From NCBI GenBank assembly GCA_963693365.1, contig CAVNZM010000011.1, forward strand, positions 5,723,921 to 5,787,920: 64,000 nt of DNA, read 5' to 3'. A model generated the notes under the pieces. The model searched no databases. It was not told the origin of the DNA and worked only from the letters and a program-made list of their open reading frames with translations. The first letter of the stretch is position 1; every line of letters begins with the position of its first letter. The stretch is from Amoebidium appalachense (taxonomy: Eukaryota; Protista; Ichthyosporea). Shown here one piece after another: positions 58,305 to 64,000 of the stretch. A program made the translations under genes and the position numbers.

Positions 58305-59735
58305 TCAAGCCTTAATAGCAGATACATACAGGTCTACATAGTTGAATGCAAAAACACCAGTGGTGGGGTCGTGAGCCTCCGGGCACAAATCGACAACCCG
58401 CTGTGAAATCGCTCGCCAATCATTTGCTGAGAGGTGTTGAATGAAGGGAACAGCGGGGGCACCGGAGTGAAATGTCATTGCCATCTCGTCCACACCGTAG
58501 TAGTGTTCTGAGCGCTCTTTAAACTCGATGGTGATGTTGGTGAACCCGGCATCCTTTAACAGCTGTTGGATCTGTAAGGGTGGAAAACAATGAGTCTGTG
58601 TTTTTTGCACGCGTACGTGTGCTTGGGTGTGGGCAAGCACATGTGTGCATTGTGTCAAGTCGTGTGGCATGCAGCAGCAGTCACTGTAATTGTTGGTGCG
58701 GGTAACGAAGGTGAACGGTGGAGAGAAGAGGGGGGGGGGGGGGGGGGGGGGGGGGGATGCTAAGTTTCTCGGAGCCTAAGGGCCATCGGGAGGGAAATGT
58801 GGGATGAGGGGGGGAAGGAATCAAAGAATGGGTTGGGTGGCTGAGCAAGTGAGAAAAAGCCCGAAGGAGTAACGTCAAATTGAAAAAATAATCCATTGAA
58901 CAAAAAAAAAGAAGAAAACTACAGCTCTTATCAGGTTAGATTCTGATTTTCTATCACGTGCCCCTTAAAGTTTATGTATTTTCAGCAGCAGCAAACATAC
59001 CTTGCTTGGATCCTCCATCTGCGGCACAAGACCATTCAACTTGCGGACGGCCTCCGGTCCGGGCACCCAACCCGCTGTCGACTGGGACCGAGAAATCACC
59101 TCTTGCGTGGCCTGACGAAGAGCCAGAGTGTGTTTTTGCGCAAACGGCTGGCACGTGGTTGGGAGAACAAACGCCATTTTCCCGCCCTTTTTCAGCATCT
59201 TGCAAACATTCGAGAGGGTGGTTGCTGGGTCTGGCACAAGGTGGAAAGCGAAGCTCGACATTACTACATCTGCATTTCCCGCAGGGATCGCCTTTGAGAC
59301 GTAATCGGGGTTGCACGTTCCGGTGGGGTCTTGCACGAAACACAGGTTGGGATATTCCTTTGTCGGGAAACGTGCCCCAGCGAACACTACCATTTCCTTG
59401 GAGATGTCCACACCGACGATTCTCCCACCCTCTGAGCTCAGGTGGTGTGAGAGAATTGAGGTAATCTTTCCGTCGCCACAACCATAGTCGATTATCGTTT
59501 CTGTTCCTTCGAGTGTTACCATGCGGTAGAAACCACGCAGGCCACCCTGTCTCTGGAGCTCTGACGCGTGGAAGTAGAGACGCACGAGCGGTTGCTCGTT
59601 CCACCCGCTGAAAGTGGGTGCTTGCTTCTGGGGAATCTTGTTGGGGCCAGCGGAAGTGGATGAGGAAGAAGGCTGTGCGTGTTGGGAGACATCACAGGCG
59701 CGGTCGGTGACGGTGGCAATCATGGTGGGAGACAT
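58305..59735 (-). CDS. Class I SAM-dependent small-molecule methyltransferase (Tam/JHAMT-like), 2 exons, 333 aa
   Basis: Exons 59735-59001 (donor AAG|GTATGT) and 58571-58305 (acceptor TTACAG), phase 0. Motif I IIDYGCGDG, post-I IVGVDISKEM, motif II ADVVMSSFAFHLV, motif III MLKKGGKM, and LLKDAGF in exon 2. Confidence 0.9.
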
Positions 59736-59834
59736 ATTGTAGTTTGTCAGAGTGAGAGAGAGACGGTTATAATAAGATAAGCGAAGAAAAAAAAGCTTTG
59801 GCTAGATTGTTTTGTGTGTCAACCCCGGGTCCGG

Positions 59835-60110
59835 TTTATATATCTGACAACCAGCAATTGACAGCCAATAGGAAAGCAAGATCTGTTTACTTTAAAACAT
59901 TGGAATGCTTCGATTTCATTGCATGTACCCAGAGACTTTGACTTTAAGAATACGTACTTATACAATAATAAAATGGTTAATCAATACGCTGTTTTTATAT
60001 ATTATAGCCATTCAGCAGCATTTTTGTGTTGAATTCATGCTGCAAGTCAACCATTTCGTATCTCTGCGCACGCAAGCCTCCTTCAAGATGATCGATGGGC
60101 GGTGACGTCA
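59835..60110 (-). promoter_or_regulatory. Candidate promoter elements of the methyltransferase
   Basis: TATATAAA on the minus strand (59835-59842) ~100 bp upstream of the ATG, CCAAT box (~59866) and a perfect TGACGTCA palindrome (60103-60110). Confidence 0.4.
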
Positions 60111-61132
60111 TTGATGCTAAATTAACTGTTAAAAAAAACCTGCCAATGAAATGCGTTCATATCAATGATTGGCTACACCGGCATCTAAGGCTTCATTCAA
60201 GCCTTTGGATTGTTACACATACGCAGCATTTAGGAACATGTAACCTACCTAGAGTGGCCTAAATAGTGATGATTATTTGAATAGCCAGCATATGTTGTAA
60301 TCTTGAATATGTTCTATATATACAAGGGATCTTAAGACTTGAACGCGCCGTGGGCCACGGGTTGACAGCCCTCGTCATGCCATTTCGGGGTCAAAATTCG
60401 CTCCGCTCATATCCAGCCTGCATGCAAATGACATAATGATATTTCCAATATGAGCAGGCTCATTCCTCATTATTGCCTAATACTATAACATTGGGGCCTA
60501 AGTCCCGGATTTTTGTGTGTCCACACTCTCCACCAGCCCTAACTAAGATGTGTTTAATGCTATTGCCCTCAGGCTTGATGTTTTGATCCATGTCTGGGCC
60601 GATGATACAGCAGACTTGCACAGAGATCATTCAAACCCTACGGGGCTCCGCGTGACGGGCCGGGACGGCCCGGAGCTTGCCAGTGCGCATACAAGAGTGC
60701 AAGCAACTGCAAGCCAAGGTCCTTTGGCCATGTTTTGCCGAATAGCTACTATAGCTTGTAGGCTATGCATACTGTAATAAACAATACACAAATTTTGCGT
60801 TTGCAGTCTACAGTTAGAAGCGTACGGCAAATTTCTTCTTGCAAACTTTAAGTTGTCGAGATTCAACCACATAGATAGCGAGAGAATAACCCTTCCCCCT
60901 CACCCAGCCCCCTTCGCCCCACTCCCTCCCCCCCCCCCCCCTCCCCCCCCCTCCCCCCCCCCCCCCCCCCCCCCCCCTTGCCCCCCCTTGCTTCTCCCGC
61001 AAGGGACCCTGCACTCCCCTCCCCCTCCTTTTTTTTCTAACTTACTTGTTTTCCCATACATCATTCGGCATACTTCAAATGAAATTCCCGCCTTATATAT
61101 AATTATGACGCGTCATCTCCCTAGCCCCCACG

Positions 61133-61256
<124 letters not shown>

Positions 61257-61261
61257 AAATG

Positions 61262-61296
<35 letters not shown>

Positions 61297-61499
61297 ACAC
61301 ACACGCACAACGCCCACACGCACACGCACACACAAACCGTTTCACCGTATCATATTGCGCGTGCATGCACAGTCACACACACACACACACCGTGACATGG
61401 CAGAGGTGTGACCACGAAAATGTCATTGATCAGAGAGAGTATTGCGTTCTTCCACACAACATGATCACACACACACACACACACACACACACAACATGG

Positions 61500-61602
<103 letters not shown>

Positions 61603-61614
61603 CGTGTGTGTGCG

Positions 61615-61666
<52 letters not shown>

Positions 61667-62082
61667 CACCCCAAAGCCCCCAGAGGTATCACGCTGCAGC
61701 TCGCAGGCACGATTTGAACTCAGTAGTACACTTGGGTGACGCGTGAGGTAGCTCCTGCTCAGGCTGCAATGGCTTTTGAAGCCTTTAATATGAAACTTGC
61801 AAGAATGTGTACCGTATTCGAAAGTATTGTGTCTTTGGAATATTTGGAATGATGAATGACGCAAAAAATAAATGATCCCCCCCCCTCCCACCCCCCCCTC
61901 AGGACCCCCCTTGAGCTCCCCCACACACCTTGTATTTTTACGCCTACACAGGTGTGCACAACACACTGAAAAAACGGACAAAAACACACCCACACCAGCC
62001 CACCCACCCACACATACACATACAACTACAGATAAACATGCATAAACACAACACACAAGCACCCCGAGGGCTCAACCAGATC

Positions 62083-62556
62083 GGCAGAATTATTCTGCAA
62101 AAAGCAAAATATTTATGATAAAAGCAGAATTATGCAAACAGCAGAATTATTCAGCTAAAACAAGTCTATCTGCTCCTGTGAGCAGAATAATTCTCGCTTT
62201 TTTTGGAATGATTCTACTAAAAGCAGAAAGATTTTGCTAAAAGCAGAGCTGATCTACTAAAAGCAAAATGATTCTGCTTTTTGCAAAATAATTGATTGTG
62301 CCTTATTTGCAGAACAAATCTGCTTAGAACAGAATAGTTCTGCTTTTGCAGAAATTTCTCGCTTTCCGTGGAATAATTCTGCTAAAAGCAGAAAAACTTT
62401 GCTAAAAGCAGAGCTAATCTACTAAAACCAAAACGATTCTGCTTTTTGCAAAATAATTGATTGTGCCTTTACAGAACAATTCTGCTTAGAACGGAATACT
62501 TTTGCTTTTGCAGACTATTTTAAATTTCCATTAAGCATAATATAATTCTGCTTGGA
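62083..62556. repeat. Array of degenerate palindromic units (AGCAGAATNATTCTGCT) with a ~165-bp higher-order duplication
   Basis: gcagaattattctgc and variants repeat about every 19-20 bp. The block starting ttctcgcttt at 62191 is duplicated at 62356. Confidence 0.85.
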
Positions 62557-63034
62557 GCAAGCTGACTCTGCCGATGTGGTTGGGCCCTACACAGCGCCAC
62601 ATGAACACAATTTACACATAGTCGCAAACACACACCGGCGTAGACATGCACAGTGCCGCACCATGATGATAAACATGCACGCACAACACGAGTCCACAAC
62701 CATGTGCACGGACACGCACACATGCGAGTGAAGGTGCACGCACGCACACGGAGATACACACACACACAGATAGACACCGAGGTCACACTCACACACGTAC
62801 ACAGTGTCGCACGCACACACACGCATAAATGTACATACACACAAACACACACTGACACGCACGCACACGCACAAGCATACACACACACATGTACACACCA
62901 ACCGTGGGACACACGTGCACACGCACGAACACACACACGCGCGCACACACACACACACGCACACAGGCACACAGACACCCACACACACACACACACACAT
63001 ACACACGGGCACACACACCCACACACACACACCA

Positions 63035-63066
<32 letters not shown>

Positions 63067-63190
63067 ACACACACACACACGTGACACAAGCACACACACA
63101 CACACATACAAACACACACACACACACACAAACACACACAAACACACACGCACAGACACGCGCGCGCACGCGCACACACACACACACACG

Positions 63191-63249
<59 letters not shown>

Positions 63250-64000
63250 CCACACACACACACACGAACGAAGCACGTACATGTATACGTACACACAAAG
63301 TACACACGGAGCAGACTCCTATAGCCACATGTAAACATTACATATGATCATCATCATATGCACCATGTCGATTTCGACGCGAACTTGCAATTGAGTTCTC
63401 ACACGTACTGACGGTGTGCACGCGCTGCGATGAACTTTACGTTCGCTGCAGGCGGGTTTACACTCTCGCGACAGCGTGCATGCTTTCTGTCGCGGCGCCT
63501 CGACGGTTCGATAGAGTCCAGTGTTCGCTGAATGTGTAAGGAAAAATAAGGAGCCATCTCAGTAGGTGGCAGAATTGAGTTCCACTACGACACTTCTGGT
63601 GCACACAGGTCATCATGCAAAAACGAGTTAAGACGTACATATCTTTAGTGTGCTGTACACGCTGCCTACAAACACCGACATGTAATTTCTTTTCCCTATG
63701 CCGCCCCGTTTGCTGAATTAGCGGCTTGCTTCTATACTGACACGCACGGGGCAATGAATCATCAGTTTTTCCGAACGCGCAGGTCCGCCAGAGTGACTGA
63801 CTACACCCATGCCAACGCCCCGCCCACGTGAACGGGATCGATCTAGTATCCTGCTATAAATGATTATATCGTTGGTTGTCAGTGATCAATCTTGTGATCG
63901 GATAAAACTGACCAATCAAGAACGCCAATATGTCGAATAGATCGGCCCGGATTGGCGGATGGCATACGTGCGCGGTAAGCTCCCCATCCCAGTGTAGGCC

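Noticed and set aside
60550-60872. Short ORFs, one with a signal-peptide-like start (MAKGPWLAVACTLVCALASS)
   Set aside because: Stops after 34 codons, with no splice support or recognisable homology.

Overview
Eukaryotic, intron-rich genomic DNA, probably a unicellular holozoan or similar opisthokont (inference from an animal-like mitochondrial ClpX with a C4 zinc finger). Introns are filled with poly-C/poly-G, (CA)n/(GT)n and (CT)n tracts, so nearly all ORFs in the supplied track are spurious. Manual exon stitching (GT-AG, phase-consistent) gives six protein genes: mitochondrial ribosomal protein S10 (-, 3' end unresolved) head-to-head with eIF2D (+, 19 exons, 585 aa); an F-box gene (-) head-to-head with mitochondrial ClpX (+, 15 exons, 719 aa, with two tRNA-Lys(CTT) genes in intron 10); an 85-aa helical orphan (-); and a 2-exon class I SAM methyltransferase (-). 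There is also a decayed TKL-type kinase pseudogene split by a hairpin-repeat array, a TTAA-flanked piggyBac-like element, putative MITEs and several satellites. The main unexplained signals are (1) a ~100-nt dispersed element next to poly-C tracts, found only in introns and always in the host's sense orientation (a sequencing-adapter artefact must be excluded first), (2) a splice-site grammar of weak donors followed by poly-C and acceptors preceded by (CA)n rather than a polypyrimidine tract, and (3) recurrent local duplications of exon/intron boundaries. All calls are by eye; no searches were run.
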